Positions 11,274 to 23,532 are shown, numbered from the stretch's first letter. The stretch: DNA of 50,259 nucleotides from Thiomicrorhabdus sp. (GCA_006222135.1 VCMI01000012.1:1-50259); one strand, 5' to 3'. The notes: generated by a model from the letters alone, not told the origin. Translations and numbers: made by a program.

Positions 11274-12116
11274 TCACTCTGCAGGTTTCTGGGCTATAAA
11301 GGACGCTACTGGGCGTCCATCTTCTAATTTATCTATTCTATCAACAATAATTCGATAGTCTGCAAAAACTTCACTCAACTCACCCTCTTGCAATATAAAG
11401 TTAGGATTTTTAGGCGAACCAAAGACTTCAGCGCCACTACTAAAGGTTTGATAGACAATATATCCACCCGGTGTAATGGCGGCATCAATTTGACTGAAAA
11501 GATCACGATTCAAATAGCGAACTACGGTCACCAAATCAAACCTACCCTCTGGAAAACAGCCGGACTTTTTTAAGTCACAGCACTTAAACTTAACGGAGGC
11601 ACCCGATTTAGTGGCAAGCTGCTTAGCACGTTTCAATACGCGTGCTTCTTGATCGATCCCCGTGACCTGCCATCCCTGAGATGCTAAGAAGACTGAATCA
11701 CGCCCACCACCACAACCTAAGTCTAAGGTTTTTGGACGAGGCTTCAGCGCTTTCGGATCAAAACCGAGTTGTTCCATGAACTCTTTAACCAATGGACTTG
11801 GAGACCATAAGTTTTTGGACTCCTTTCCTGAAACGACCAGGCCTGGTAACTGTTTTGACCAACTTAACATCGCCTCTGAACTTTCAATCACCAGAGAACC
11901 GTTAACCTCATAGCCTTTGGCATCCAAAAACAGACTAGCGGCTTCAATCTCTTGTTTATCACCGACTAGGAACAGTTTAGCTGGCGTGGCTGGCAACTCG
12001 TTTAAGCCGTCGGGCAAGGCCTGCCAAGTTAACCAAGTTGACTCTTGAAGATGTCCTGTTTGGTACTGCTCGGCTTCACGTAAATCTAAAATACCATCCG
12101 CTTGCTGAAAACGCAT
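11274..12116 (-). CDS. rhodanese-like N-terminal domain fused to a TehB-like SAM methyltransferase
   Basis: ILDLREAEQYQTGHL (rhodanese-like). LDLGCGGGRDSVFLASQGWQVTGID, VRYLNR and PGGYIVYQTF (TehB-like). Confidence 0.8.
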   Translation of the reverse strand: MRFQQADGILDLREAEQYQTGHLQESTWLTWQALPDGLNELPATPAKLFLVGDKQEIEAASLFLDAKGYEVNGSLVIESSEAMLSWSKQLPGLVVSGKESKNLWSPSPLVKEFMEQLGFDPKALKPRPKTLDLGCGGGRDSVFLASQGWQVTGIDQEARVLKRAKQLATKSGASVKFKCCDLKKSGCFPEGRFDLVTVVRYLNRDLFSQIDAAITPGGYIVYQTFSSGAEVFGSPKNPNFILQEGELSEVFADYRIIVDRIDKLEDGRPVASFIAQKPAE

Positions 12117-13101
12117 CAAGATGTTTCCTCTGTAGCCGACAGCTTTGTGGCATCGATTTCGGCGTTTAAAGCTTGAAGTGCATCCAGCTTCTGTTCCTCT
12201 TTCGCCAGATGTAAATTGAAAATCCGTTTAGCTTTCAGCATCTGTTTTTATCAAACCATTCACCGACCGCAAAACACTCACCGTTATCATACAAACGTAC
12301 GAGTTCACCTTCTGGTTTAGGACAATCCAGCATTTGACCATGCTGGATCAAATCCACTTCTTCAGGTGTTAAGTCGATTCGTTGTAGATGGGTTAATGCA
12401 ATATCAATCGGATGAACGCAGTCCAGCTGTTGGCGTTCAATCTCTTCAAAGGTCAACATATCATCGCCCTTTAAGTCACCCGTTTGAGTACGATGCAAGG
12501 CAATCAAATGCCCTACCGTACCCATTGCTAAGGCCATATCTTCGCCCACCGTTCTGACATAGGTCCCTTTGGTACACAGCACATCAAACACGATTTCATT
12601 ATCTGTAAAAGAGATGAGGTTCAATTCTTTAATCGTAATAGGACGCGCTGGACGCTCAATCTCAATCCCTTGACGGGCATAGAAATACAAAGGTTTGCCT
12701 TGATGCTTTAAGGCGGAATACATGGGCGGAATCTGCTCAGTAGTCCCTTTAAATTGCTCAAAAACAGACTCGATAAATTCAGTCGTTAATGGCGGGACGG
12801 CAAGTTCTTTAATAATCTCGCCTTCTGTATCACCGGTATCACTTTGCTGTCCAAGCTTAAGGGTCGCTGTATAACGTTTATCTGACTCTAACAATAGTCC
12901 AGAAACTTTAGTCGCCTCTCCCAAACAGATTGGCAACAATCCGGTTGCAAATGGATCTAAAGCCCCCGTATGGCCGCCCTTTTTGGCTCTAAAAATACGC
13001 ATCACGCGCTGCAGAATGCCATTGGATGAAACACCAACGGGTTTGTTTAATAAAACAATACCGTCGATCTGTTTTTTAGGGGGATGTTTGAACTGAGCCA
13101 T
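12116..13101 (-). CDS. truB: tRNA pseudouridine(55) synthase; frameshift near 12245, likely a sequencing error
   Basis: GHTGALDPFATGLLP, QIPPMYSALK and KGTYVR. Adding one A restores KKQMLKAKRIFNL...ETS* ending at 12116. Confidence 0.95.
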
Positions 13102-13464
13102 TTATGAATTTAGTGCCTTTTGAATCAGTGCTTCCATGTGCTGCGCATGTTCTGGGATATTGTCATAAAAGAATCGAACATCTGGCACGATACGTAAACG
13201 CAATCTTTTCCCCAACTCACTTCTAAAGAACCCTTTGGCTTTTTCTAACGCCTCTAACGTTTCTTTCACTTCAGGGTCCGTTTCATTAAAACCAATTAAG
13301 GCAAAATGAACGCGCACGATACTGAGATCTTTGCTGATTTTGCAATCGGTAATATTGACTCTTTGAAAGCGAGGATCTTTCACTTCACGCACCAATAACT
13401 GCGATAAAGTTCGTCTGATTTCTTGAGCGACCCTTGTAGGACGACTCACTGCTTGATTACTCAT
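13102..13464 (-). CDS. rbfA: ribosome-binding factor A
   Basis: RPTRVAQEIRR, VKDPR and LRLRIVPDVRFFYD. Start taken at MSNQ. Confidence 0.95.
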   Translation of the reverse strand: MSNQAVSRPTRVAQEIRRTLSQLLVREVKDPRFQRVNITDCKISKDLSIVRVHFALIGFNETDPEVKETLEALEKAKGFFRSELGKRLRLRIVPDVRFFYDNIPEHAQHMEALIQKALNS

Positions 13465-13485
13465 TTTTATTTCTCTTTTAAATAC

Positions 13486-13509
13486 AAAATGCCCCAAATG
13501 GGGCATTTT
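13486..13509 (-). terminator. hairpin/terminator between infB and rbfA
   Basis: AAAATGCCCCA-AA-TGGGGCATTTT. Confidence 0.55.
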
Positions 13510-13515
13510 AGATGC

Positions 13516-13559
13516 CAGCCCAATAAAAGTGACCAGGCCTGGTCACTTTTATTGGGCTG
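13516..13559. repeat. perfect 44-bp palindrome centred on TGACCAGGCCTGGTCA
   Basis: CAGCCCAATAAAAGTGACCAGG|CCTGGTCACTTTTATTGGGCTG. Confidence 0.95.
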
Positions 13560-13572
13560 ATAGTGAAGACGA

Positions 13573-16098
13573 TTAATCTAAAGTGCGCTTAACCTCAACA
13601 CGTTCGTAACACTCAATCTGATCACCGACTTTAACGTCGTTGTAATCTTTAACACCGATACCACATTCCATACCTTTGTTAACTTCTTGAGCATCATCTT
13701 TAAAACGACGTAGCGATTCTAAATGACCTTCATAGATAACCACGTTTTCACGTAGTACACGAATCGGGCTATTACGTTTAACAGAACCTTCTGTCACCAT
13801 ACAACCAGCAATTAAGCCAATCTTCGGTGCTTTAAAGACTTCACGAACATCTGCAACACCCAAAATATTCTCGTGAATTTCAGGGGCTAACTTACCTTCA
13901 ACGACACGCTTTACGTCATCGACGATTTCATAAATAATGCTGTAGTACTTTAAACCAAGCCCTTCGCTATCAATGATTCGTTTAGAAGCCACATCCGCAC
14001 GGACGTTGAAACCAAAGATGTGTGCATCAGAAGCAATCGCCAAGTTCGCATCGGTTTCAGTGATTCCACCCACGCCAGATGAGATGACACTTACTTTAAT
14101 TTCATCATTTGACAACTTAACAAGTGCATCAGTAATGGCCTGGATAGAACCTTGTACATCGGCTTTAAGAATGATGTTAACGTGCTGCATCTCGCCTTCA
14201 GCCATCCTGTTGAACATGTTTTCCAACTTAGATTTTTGCTGACGAGCAATTTTCAATTCTTTGAACTTACTTTGACGGAATACGGCCGCTTCACGCGCTT
14301 TACGATCACTTTCAACCGTAATCATTTCGTCACCAGCGACGGGCACACCAGAAAGCCCTAATAGTTCAACCGGAATAGAAGGCCCAGCTTCCAATACTGT
14401 TTGACCAGCATCGTTTATCAAAGCACGAACACGTCCATACTCCATACCACATAGAACGATATCACCTTTTCTCAAAGTACCTGACTGAACAAGAACTGTT
14501 GCAACGGTACCACGTCCTTTATCAAGACGAGATTCAACCACGACACCTTTAGCAGGACCTTCAATCGGCGCTTCAAGTTCAAGCATTTCTGACTGTAAAG
14601 CAATCGCATCTAACAGATCATCAATCCCCAGTCCGGTTTTAGCTGAAACTGGTACAAACTGTACATCACCACCCCAAGCATCAGGAACGACTTCTTCGGC
14701 CACTAACTCTTGCATGACGCGATCCATATTGGCCGCTTCTTTATCCATCTTATTGACGGCAATCACCATACCAACACCAGACGCTTTAGCATGTTGAATC
14801 GCTTCACGGGTTTGAGGCATAACACCATCATCCGCCGCAACCACAATAACAATCACATCCGTGATTTTAGAGCCTCGAGCACGCATTGCCGTAAAGGCCG
14901 CGTGACCTGGAGTATCGATAAAGGTAACACCACCCTTATCAGTGTCTACATGATAAGCACCGATATGCTGAGTAATCCCACCGGCTTCACCGTTGGCAAC
15001 TTTTGCTTTACGGATGTAATCCAGTAAAGAGGTCTTACCATGATCTACGTGACCCATAATGGTCACCACTGGAGAACGAGTGACCGTTGCACCGTGATAC
15101 TCTTGGTTGACAACTTCATCTTCAACCGTAGTTTCGGTAAAAGCGAATGCTTTATGACCCATCTCTTCTACAATCAACATCGCTGTTTCTTGATCTAAGA
15201 TCTGGTTAATAGTCGCCATAGAACCCAATTCCATCATCATGAATTTAATGACTTCACCGGTTTTAATTGACATTTTTTCAGCCAAAGCAGACAAAGAGAT
15301 GCTTTCAGGAACTTGAACTTCCTTAATAATCACTTCAGTCGGCTGTTGGAAACCATGTTCGTTATCCATTTGCAACGGAGTACGAGAGGCTTTACGCCCT
15401 CCTTTACGTCCGCCACGTTGTGGACGACGGTTACCACCAGGTGGTCCACCACGCCCAGGAGGCGCTCCACGACCAGTAGGGGCACCACGACCAGCAGGCT
15501 TTTTAACCGTTGCTTTCGGTCCATCAGTGCCATCGTTTACTTTGCGAGTTTCATGATGCTTTTGATCTTGAGCTTTTTTAGCGGCCTTAGAATGATCATC
15601 TTTTTCAGCTGGAGGCGCTTCCGAAACCACGACAGGTCTTGAAGAAATTCTAACAGGCTGAGATTTAGCATCGGCTTTAGGCGCTGGCGCTTTAGCCTCG
15701 CTCTCAACGACCTTAGTCTCTACTGGAGCTTCAACTTTAGTTTCAACTACGGCTTCAACTGGCGCGATGACTTCTTCAACAACAGGTTCTTCTACTGCAT
15801 CGTCTTTTTTAACGTAAGTACGTTTTTTACGAACTTCAACTTTAACACTACGTTTATCACGTCCTGAACCAGCTGAAAGGTTCATCGTTTGAGTACGACG
15901 TAGAGTCACCTTACTAGGTGCATCGCCTTCTTCACCATGCAAACCTTTTAGATAACCTAAAAGTTTACCTTTTTCGTCATCATTGATTGAATCGCCAGCT
16001 TTTTTGCCTTTAATCCCTGAAGCTTCGATCTGCGTTAATAATTTATCTACAGAAAGGTCGAGTTTTGCCGAAAATTCTTTTATTGATACATCTTTCAT
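13573..16098 (-). CDS. infB: translation initiation factor IF-2
   Basis: [30 protein letters not shown] and SLRRFKDD. Start taken at MKDV. Confidence 0.98.
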   Translation of the reverse strand: MKDVSIKEFSAKLDLSVDKLLTQIEASGIKGKKAGDSINDDEKGKLLGYLKGLHGEEGDAPSKVTLRRTQTMNLSAGSGRDKRSVKVEVRKKRTYVKKDDAVEEPVVEEVIAPVEAVVETKVEAPVETKVVESEAKAPAPKADAKSQPVRISSRPVVVSEAPPAEKDDHSKAAKKAQDQKHHETRKVNDGTDGPKATVKKPAGRGAPTGRGAPPGRGGPPGGNRRPQRGGRKGGRKASRTPLQMDNEHGFQQPTEVIIKEVQVPESISLSALAEKMSIKTGEVIKFMMMELGSMATINQILDQETAMLIVEEMGHKAFAFTETTVEDEVVNQEYHGATVTRSPVVTIMGHVDHGKTSLLDYIRKAKVANGEAGGITQHIGAYHVDTDKGGVTFIDTPGHAAFTAMRARGSKITDVIVIVVAADDGVMPQTREAIQHAKASGVGMVIAVNKMDKEAANMDRVMQELVAEEVVPDAWGGDVQFVPVSAKTGLGIDDLLDAIALQSEMLELEAPIEGPAKGVVVESRLDKGRGTVATVLVQSGTLRKGDIVLCGMEYGRVRALINDAGQTVLEAGPSIPVELLGLSGVPVAGDEMITVESDRKAREAAVFRQSKFKELKIARQQKSKLENMFNRMAEGEMQHVNIILKADVQGSIQAITDALVKLSNDEIKVSVISSGVGGITETDANLAIASDAHIFGFNVRADVASKRIIDSEGLGLKYYSIIYEIVDDVKRVVEGKLAPEIHENILGVADVREVFKAPKIGLIAGCMVTEGSVKRNSPIRVLRENVVIYEGHLESLRRFKDDAQEVNKGMECGIGVKDYNDVKVGDQIECYERVEVKRTLD

Positions 16099-16112
16099 TG
16101 AGTCTCTCCCTT

Positions 16113-17601
16113 TTATTCTTCGAACCATGGAGCGCGTGCTTTAAGAATTAATTCTCCAGCCGTTGCTTCATCTAGTTCTAAGAACTCAAGCACTTCATCA
16201 GTGCCTAATTCTGCTAAATCTTCTTGTGTAATGATACCGTTACTGGCTAACTGTTTAGCCATTTCTTCGGTCATGCCTTCTAAACTAAGAAGGTCTTCTG
16301 CAGGTTCTGCTAATGCGATTCTTTCTTCTTCAGCAATCGCCTTAGTCAACAATGCATCTTTTGCACGCTGCTTAAGTTCAGCAACGATATCTTCATCAAA
16401 ACCATCAATCTGTAGCATTTCATTCGCTGGAACGTAAGCGACTTCTTCAAGCGTTACAAAACCTTCGCTTACTAACACATCAGCCATTTCTTCATCAATA
16501 TCTAATGCATTAACAAAAATGTCAATCTGGCCTTTAGATTCAACATCATGTTTCTCATTCATTTCTGTTTGAGTCATAACGTTCAATTCCCAACTCGTCA
16601 ATTCACTGGCTAAACGGATATTTTGGCCGTTTTTACCAATGGCTTGAGAAAGCTGTTCGTCTTCTACTGATAGATCCATGGTGTGCTTATCTTCATCGAC
16701 CATAATCGATAATACTTCAGCAGGTGCCATCGCATTAATCACATACTGCGCGTCATTAGGATCCCAAAGGATAATATCAATACGCTCACCAGCGATTTCA
16801 TTCGTGACTGATTGAACGCGTGAACCACGCATACCAACACAAGCACCAATCGGATCTAAACGCGGATCATTTGCACGAACAGCCACTTTAGCGCGGTATC
16901 CAACATCACGAGCCGCACCCATAACATCGATTAGATCGTCGCCAATCTCAGGCACTTCAATCTTGAATAATTCTGTCAGCATCTCTTTACATGCACGAGA
17001 CATAGTCAACTGTGGTCCACGAGGACGGAAAGTCACTTCCTGCAAGTAAGCGCGAACACGGTCACCCATACGGAAGTTTTCACGTGCAATTAACTGGTTA
17101 CGTGGAATCACTGCATCAACGTTATCACCTAAATCTAAAATAACATCACCACGTTCAACACGCTTAACCTGACCCGTGATGATCTCACCAATACGTTTAG
17201 AGTAGATCTCTACAACCTTCTTACGCTCAGCTTCACGAACTTTTTGAATAATGACCTGCTTGGCCGTTTGCGCACCAATACGACCAAATTCAATAGACTC
17301 TATTGATTCTTCAATAAATTCACCGATTTGGGCATTAGGATCTTCATCAATAGCATCCATCTCACGAATGTACCAACCCACATTATCTTCAATTGCGGTC
17401 GCATCATCAATCACCTCCCAACGACGGAAAGTTGAGTAATCACCGGTAATACGGTTAATTTCAACGCGAACATCAATCTCATCGTCATTGCTTCTGCGTG
17501 TTGCGGTTGCTAAAGCGGTTTCAATTGCGTCAAAATAATTTCTTTATCAACGCCTTTTCATTCGCCATGATTTCTACGACGGCTAAAACTTCTTTACTCA
17601 T
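16113..17601 (-). CDS. nusA: transcription termination/antitermination factor NusA; two homopolymer frameshifts near the 5' end
   Basis: [16 protein letters not shown].. starts at 17601. [27 protein letters not shown] and [13 protein letters not shown]. Confidence 0.95.
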
Positions 17602-17662
17602 CTGTCAACGTCCTAATATTTTTATAAACTATTACAAACCGAATTCGAATTAACGAATTCGA

Positions 17663-18119
17663 TTAAAATTCTGCGACCACATTGGCCTTATCTATGATGT
17701 CATAGGTGATTTCATATAATTCACCATCTATCTCAATGCCAATCATCGTATCGTTTGCCAACACTAAAAGGGCCTTTAAACTTTCTTCGACCCAATACAC
17801 CGACAGCGGTTCTAACTTGAATCGGCTTATTAAGATAGAGTTTAAACTGTTCAGGTTTAAATAATAAGCGGTCCATTCCAGGAGAAGAGACCTCTAGCAT
17901 ATACGCGCTACTGATTGGGTCCTCAACATCCATAATGGCACTGACCTGGCGACTCACTGCGGCACAATCATCTACGGTAATACCCATATCTGACTTTTCG
18001 ACAAAGATTCTTAAAATCGAATGACGACCGGCGGGTAGGTACTCAAAGCCCCACAATTCAAAGCCCATTGACTCAATCGTTGGCTTTAATAGGTTTTCTA
18101 ATTTTTCTTCTAAATTCAA
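17663..18119 (-). CDS. rimP: ribosome maturation factor RimP; frameshift at about 17766
   Basis: DDCAAVSRQVSAIMDVEDPI and YMLEVSSPGMDR. TTG start at 18119. Removing one T restores a C-terminus ...IIDKANVVAEF*. Confidence 0.92.
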
Positions 18120-18169
18120 AAGATTACTTCCACTACATTTCCAGATAACATTATCTGGATTCAAATAAC

Positions 18170-18237
18170 AAAAAACCCCGTAAAGACGGGGTTTTTTTAA
18201 AATTTGAGCCGGAGTTCGTTCGTTCAAAACTCCGCTC
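18170..18237 (-). promoter_or_regulatory. rimP leader: hairpin followed by an intrinsic terminator (attenuator)
   Basis: GAGCGGAGTT...AACTCCGGCTC hairpin, then AAAAAACCCCGT-CTTT-ACGGGGTTTTTT, lying between the promoter and rimP. Confidence 0.7.
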
Positions 18238-18264
18238 AATAATTTTTTTAAAAAAGCTGTGGTG

Positions 18265-18292
18265 ATTATATCTAAAACTAACGTTTTGTCAA
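18265..18292 (-). promoter_or_regulatory. consensus sigma70 promoter of rimP-nusA-infB
   Basis: TTGACA-16 nt-TATAAT on the minus strand. Confidence 0.8.
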
Positions 18293-18330
18293 GGTATCTA
18301 CCTTTATTTATTCTAGCAATCCGCGAGTCT

Positions 18331-18993
18331 CTAATTTCTATCTTGTTGTAATTTAACAAAAATCAAAGCCGTCATCAGCGCATCACTAAAGGCATCATGC
18401 TGACCTAGGTTCGGCAGCTTTAGTTTATGTAAAATTTTATCAAAGGTTAAATCTATATTCGGTTGCTGCAAACCTTGTTGACCTGAACGTTTTGCAAGAC
18501 GGACCATCTGATCATAATAAAGCGCTGACACTTCAACCTGTCGATTCGGCAAGTTTACTCCCAGCCAAGGCTTAATGACTTGATTCACCATAGCAATATC
18601 AAATTCTAAATAATAGCCCACCAAAGTAGATCCTTTTATAAATTCTAAAAACTCTTTAATGGCCTGCGCCTCTGTCATGAGCCTGGCTGAACTTGATTCC
18701 TTTTCGACGACATCAATATTACGGATACGATGTACCACTATACTTTCGGCCGCTATAAGACCCTCTTGCTCAATTAACAAATTTAAACTTTGACTCGTTA
18801 AAACCTGATTTCCTTGAATCTTAATAGCACTTAACGAGACAATTTTATCTTTTTTAGGATCTAACCCCGTTGTTTCGCAATCAAAACAGACATAAGAACC
18901 AGGAACTTCCTCATTGAACAGGAACTCAAATCCTGGCTCTTTTAATTTACGCTTTTGGCGTCTTAACAAAAGACCATTCAACCAAGCCAACAT
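18331..18993 (-). CDS. DEDDh 3'-5' exonuclease (DnaQ-like), acetate-module associated
   Basis: FDCETTGLD, GYYLEFDI and HDAFSDALMTA. Confidence 0.9.
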   Translation of the reverse strand: MLAWLNGLLLRRQKRKLKEPGFEFLFNEEVPGSYVCFDCETTGLDPKKDKIVSLSAIKIQGNQVLTSQSLNLLIEQEGLIAAESIVVHRIRNIDVVEKESSSARLMTEAQAIKEFLEFIKGSTLVGYYLEFDIAMVNQVIKPWLGVNLPNRQVEVSALYYDQMVRLAKRSGQQGLQQPNIDLTFDKILHKLKLPNLGQHDAFSDALMTALIFVKLQQDRN

Positions 18994-20991
18994 CTATAAC
19001 ATCTCGTGTAGTTTAAAGTGCTTGGTGACTCGTTTTTTAAATGTTTCAACCACATTCAAAGACTGCTTAAGTAGATCTTGTTGCAGATGTGATAAGTCAC
19101 TAACATCAATGTAATTATTCGGTACCGCCCTTGCATCCTTAGACACATCACTAAAACTGTCTATTTCAGAATCAAGCTGATTGACTTGCTTTAGCATCGA
19201 CTCCAAACGTAAGGTATTTAAAAAATTCAGCGTTTCCCCTAACTCTATGCCAAAGCTTTCTTTAAACACGCCTAAATCAATTAAGGCTTTTATTCGCCAA
19301 TGCGTATTAGTGGGTTGAATCTTACATTCCAAGGCATAGCAACGAACACCATGCACGATTGGAAAAATACCGCCCTTTTTAAGGTCTATTGACTCTGTAC
19401 CCGAGGTTTTTTCAGTGCGCAAGCCACCAAAAAAACTGACAGGCGTTTCAAACTGAATAACCGCTTTGGCGAAATGCCTTAAAAAAATGGGATTATCGGC
19501 CATGCGCCTTTGTAGCTTGCGTTTAAGAGCTAACAGCCAATCCGAGTGGCCATGAACGACCTCTGCATCAAATAAAATAGCGATCTGCATAAAGCTTTCA
19601 TGATTTGGGTGGTCAAACCACTCTCGTACATTTTCTGAAAACTGACTCTGTGATTGGCGCCACACTGGATTAGAAAGCATAATATTCCCTGGGCACGCTG
19701 GAAAACCAATGGTTATCATGGCCTGAGTAAACGAGTCAGCAAATATCTCTAACTGCTCCTGCGCTTTCTTAGACAACTCATTAGAAAAAATCAATGCATT
19801 ATCCTGATCTGTTCTCACGACCTGCTCTGCACGACCTTCACTGCCCATAACAATCAAACAGACTTCTGCTTGCAACTCTTCTGGTAAGAGTAGGTCCACC
19901 AATTTGCGAATCATCTTACGATGCAACTCATTAACTAACTTAGCAATATAATGAGTTTTAATTCCCTTACGGTTCAAATTCTCAATTAATTGATCGATCT
20001 GCTGGGCTACCGCGTGTAGATCATTAACAGATTCAGCCTTATCAACCTTTAATAAAGCCAGACCCGACTGATTGGCGAACAGACTCATTAAATCCTTCAG
20101 AGTTAAAAAACCAACCAAGCCTGTATCACTTCTTACGATTAAACGATCAACTTGAAAGCGTGTGATTTTAAGTAAGGCATTAAACAGATAGTCAAACTCA
20201 TGTACCGTTAACAATGGCCCATTAGCCAATCCGGAGCTCGCTAAATCCTGTTGCAATAACTCTGTGTGACCTGACGCAATTAACTTGAGAATATCGGTTG
20301 AAGTGACTATTCCATATTTAACTTCATTCGCCTTACCACTCTCTTTTGGATCATTAAAAGAGGTCTTTGCATGAAGGGCGACCACACAGGCATCTGTTTT
20401 ATACTCAACCATCTTCTGAATAGCGACCTGCAAGGTTTCTGCATCAGAGACCATAACCAGAGGCTGAATCGGTGCGGAACAAACAGTATCCATCATGACT
20501 TCAGTTGAAGTCGTTGTTTGTACAGCATGATGCATTGCATTCAGCTTATCGACGATATTGGTATTAAAATGCTGTTGAAAATCTTCATAGTGCTGAAACA
20601 ATTCTAAAAAGACGGCGGCAGGCATCCTATACAGAATCGCTTCTTCCGACACTCTAAAAACAGAATCTGAATTAGCCATCTCCTTTGACTTTAATAGAGC
20701 GGTGGCATTTTGCATTTTTAAAACATTACGCTCACCAAAATAACCTCGAACACTATAGCGTCCAACCACTAAACCTTGAGACTCTTCTGCAATTACACCC
20801 TTAATAACAAAATAGAGATACGCTGAAGCCCCTAACTCAGACGACTTTTCATCTCCCAATAGCGGCACGACGGCGCCTGTCGGTAAATAAATAACATCCA
20901 TACTCAATGCGGCTTGCCTGAGATCTGAGGGATCAATCAAACCAAAAGGGGGAATCTGTTGTAAAAACTCTGCTTGTTGCTCAATAGCCAT
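18994..20991 (-). CDS. cNMP-CBS-DUF294 nucleotidyltransferase-like protein
   Basis: N-terminal cNMP-like domain, a CBS pair, MGSEGRAEQVVRTDQDNALI and IDLKKGGIFPIVHGVR. Confidence 0.9.
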   Translation of the reverse strand: MAIEQQAEFLQQIPPFGLIDPSDLRQAALSMDVIYLPTGAVVPLLGDEKSSELGASAYLYFVIKGVIAEESQGLVVGRYSVRGYFGERNVLKMQNATALLKSKEMANSDSVFRVSEEAILYRMPAAVFLELFQHYEDFQQHFNTNIVDKLNAMHHAVQTTTSTEVMMDTVCSAPIQPLVMVSDAETLQVAIQKMVEYKTDACVVALHAKTSFNDPKESGKANEVKYGIVTSTDILKLIASGHTELLQQDLASSGLANGPLLTVHEFDYLFNALLKITRFQVDRLIVRSDTGLVGFLTLKDLMSLFANQSGLALLKVDKAESVNDLHAVAQQIDQLIENLNRKGIKTHYIAKLVNELHRKMIRKLVDLLLPEELQAEVCLIVMGSEGRAEQVVRTDQDNALIFSNELSKKAQEQLEIFADSFTQAMITIGFPACPGNIMLSNPVWRQSQSQFSENVREWFDHPNHESFMQIAILFDAEVVHGHSDWLLALKRKLQRRMADNPIFLRHFAKAVIQFETPVSFFGGLRTEKTSGTESIDLKKGGIFPIVHGVRCYALECKIQPTNTHWRIKALIDLGVFKESFGIELGETLNFLNTLRLESMLKQVNQLDSEIDSFSDVSKDARAVPNNYIDVSDLSHLQQDLLKQSLNVVETFKKRVTKHFKLHEML

Positions 20992-21040
20992 GGTGCCTAC
21001 TCATTGGATTGAAATGAATTAAGATGATTTATTTTACACA

Positions 21041-21078
21041 TAAAAAAGGGACGGTTACAAAGTAACCATCCCTTTTTA
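21041..21078 (-). terminator. terminator after actP
   Basis: TAAAAAAGGGACGGTTAC-AAA-GTAACCATCCCTTTTTA. Confidence 0.75.
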
Positions 21079-21144
21079 TTTGAATCGCTTTGGAAGCGAT
21101 TTCAGCTTAAGAGTGAAATATCACTCTTAATGTATCAAAGCCTA

Positions 21145-22806
21145 TTAATGCTCTGATGCACCTTCAGCGCCAATACCCGTTTGAGAACGGATAAATTGAG
21201 CTTCAAAGCCTTCTTTATCTTTAGCAGCACGCGCTGACTTATCAGTCATTGAGAAGAACCAAATACCAACAAATGCAATCGTTACTGTGAATAAAGCAGG
21301 GAACTTATAAGGCACAATGGCAGCACCCATATCTAGGATTTGAGTCCAAACAACAGGTCCTAACAATACCATAATAACCGCGGAGCTTAGACCTAACCAA
21401 CCCCCAATAACCGCACCACGTGTGGTCATATTTTTCCAGTACATAGACATAATCAAGACTGGGAAGTTAGCCGAAGCTGCAATCGTAAATGCTAAGGCAA
21501 CAACGAATGCGATGTTTTGGTCTTTAAACCCAATACCGAAGATAATCGCCAAAGCACCAATTACGATTGTAGCGTAACGTGCGACTTTAGTTTCTTGCTC
21601 TTCTGTTGCATTCGTATTGATAACATTCGCATAGATATCATGAGAAATTGCTGATGCACCCGCTAGGGTTAAACCAGAAACAACCGCTAGAATCGTAGCA
21701 AACGCGACCGCAGAAATAAATCCTAGGAAGTAATCACCACCAATCACACTTGATAAGTGAATCGCAGCCATGTTATTACCACCAATCAACTTACCATCAA
21801 CAAAGTATTCACCACCGACGATTAAAGCAACCGCTCCAAAACCGATAATAAACGCTAAGATATAGAAGAAACCAATGAAACCGGCTGCATAGAAGACTGA
21901 CTTACGCGCTTCTTTAGCGTCAGGAACCGTGAAGAATCGCATTAGGATATGCGGTAGACCCGCTGTACCAAACATTAGAGCAATACCCAAAGAGATCGCG
22001 TTGATAGGATCAGAAACAAAACCACCAGAGAACAAGATGCTCATATCGCCATCACGCTTCTCAACCGCTGTCTTAAACAACGTATCGAAACTGAAGTCCA
22101 TTTGATACATTACAGCAATCGCTATAAAGGTCGCACCAGAAAGCAATAAGACGGCTTTAATGATTTGTACCCAAGTCGTTGCCAACATACCACCAAATGA
22201 AACGTAAGCGATAATCAACACACCTACCATGACAACTGCATAGTCGAAGTCTAAACCGAATAGTAATTCAATCAATTTACCTGCCCCTACCATCTGAGCA
22301 ATCAGATACAGGATAACAACAGCAATACTACCGAAAGCCGCTAATACACGGATTGGCGTTTGCTTGAAACGGTAAGCAGCAACATCGGTAAAAGTATATT
22401 TACCTAAGTTACGTAGACGCTCTGACATTAAGAATAAGATAATCGGCCAACCTACCAAGAAACCAATGGCAAAAATCAAACCATCGTAACCCTTAAGGTA
22501 AACCATACCTGTAATACCCAAAAACGAAGCAGCTGACATATAGTCACCGGCAATCGCTAGACCATTTTGCAAACCAGTAATACCACCACCAGCCGCATAA
22601 AAATCTTTAGCGGACTTAGTACGCTTTGCAGCCCAATAAGTGATATAGACAGTTAGACCAACAAATGCGACAAACATCGAAATTGCAGGCCAGTTGGTAG
22701 CTACTTTAGTGCCATCAGATTCAATCGTACCCGCTGCCATTGCAACCATTGGCAACAGTGCCAAAAGCATAAAGCTAAATAATGTTTTGAAAAGTGAGTT
22801 CATCAT
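21145..22806 (-). CDS. actP: cation/acetate symporter
   Basis: [42 protein letters not shown] and [11 protein letters not shown]. Confidence 0.95.
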   Translation of the reverse strand: MMNSLFKTLFSFMLLALLPMVAMAAGTIESDGTKVATNWPAISMFVAFVGLTVYITYWAAKRTKSAKDFYAAGGGITGLQNGLAIAGDYMSAASFLGITGMVYLKGYDGLIFAIGFLVGWPIILFLMSERLRNLGKYTFTDVAAYRFKQTPIRVLAAFGSIAVVILYLIAQMVGAGKLIELLFGLDFDYAVVMVGVLIIAYVSFGGMLATTWVQIIKAVLLLSGATFIAIAVMYQMDFSFDTLFKTAVEKRDGDMSILFSGGFVSDPINAISLGIALMFGTAGLPHILMRFFTVPDAKEARKSVFYAAGFIGFFYILAFIIGFGAVALIVGGEYFVDGKLIGGNNMAAIHLSSVIGGDYFLGFISAVAFATILAVVSGLTLAGASAISHDIYANVINTNATEEQETKVARYATIVIGALAIIFGIGFKDQNIAFVVALAFTIAASANFPVLIMSMYWKNMTTRGAVIGGWLGLSSAVIMVLLGPVVWTQILDMGAAIVPYKFPALFTVTIAFVGIWFFSMTDKSARAAKDKEGFEAQFIRSQTGIGAEGASEH

Positions 22807-23108
22807 TCAACCTCTTTCTTAATTTTTGCTGTCAAAACGTCAAAATCATCATTTGCTTTCTTAACGTAATAACCCGTTAATAAAAAAGAAAATATAATAA
22901 TGGCGACCCCAATAGGGAAACCAATTGACACATACTCTCCACTGACAATTGTTGTGAAGAACTCAGAGTTAAATGCTAATAGCATAATGTACCCGTAATA
23001 AACCACCAGTATAGAAAGTGACAACTTCCAGGCTAAGCTGGTGCGTTCCTTTACTAACTGCTGATATTCTGGAAGACTTTTAATCTTCTCTATCTTAGCT
23101 TGATCCAA
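22803..23108 (-). CDS. DUF485 (YjcH-like) membrane protein
   Basis: YQQLVKER, two TM helices and [10 protein letters not shown]. Overlaps the actP start. Confidence 0.88.
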   Translation of the reverse strand: MDQAKIEKIKSLPEYQQLVKERTSLAWKLSLSILVVYYGYIMLLAFNSEFFTTIVSGEYVSIGFPIGVAIIIFSFLLTGYYVKKANDDFDVLTAKIKKEVE

Positions 23109-23423
23109 TGTATCTCTCCTCGGTTGAGATGTTCTAAAATGGTACGTTATTACCCGTCCTTACCTAAGCTCTAGTCGAAACCTAATTTGGTAGGCAGGCA
23201 TAAAATACACACCTTTTTATGGCATTAATACCAATAAACCTCTTTATTATCAGCCTTTACCACCCCTAGTAACAACAGGTATTACTGATGAGTGACTATA
23301 AAAATTTTATGACCTCTATCTAAAAAAACCTCGCACAAAATTATGATTATTTTTCATCACGTTAAGATTTTTAAAAAAGCTCTAAGTTCTTTTGTAAAAG
23401 AATCACAACGTCATAAAAAATAT

Positions 23424-23469
23424 AAAAAAAAGCCCTATTTGACCAGGCCTGGTCAAAATAGGGCTTTTT
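23424..23469 (-). terminator. acs terminator with TGACCAGGCCTGGTCA at its apex
   Basis: AAAAAAAGCCCTATT-TGACCAGGCCTGGTCA-AAATAGGGCTTTTT. Confidence 0.8.
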
Positions 23470-23532
23470 CGATAGCCACTTAGTTAAACAAAATTCGCTT
23501 AACAAGCGTACTTAGCTCTTTTAAAAATGAGC

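Noticed and set aside
16113-17601. Programmed frameshifting or pseudogenisation of nusA
   Set aside because: Both shifts are at short homopolymers, the same pattern as in several unrelated genes, so error is more parsimonious.
18120-18359. N-terminal extension of RimP in the ORF track (likewise rbfA, infB, aat, sdhD)
   Set aside because: The extensions run through promoters, terminators or upstream genes, and downstream starts fit the families better.
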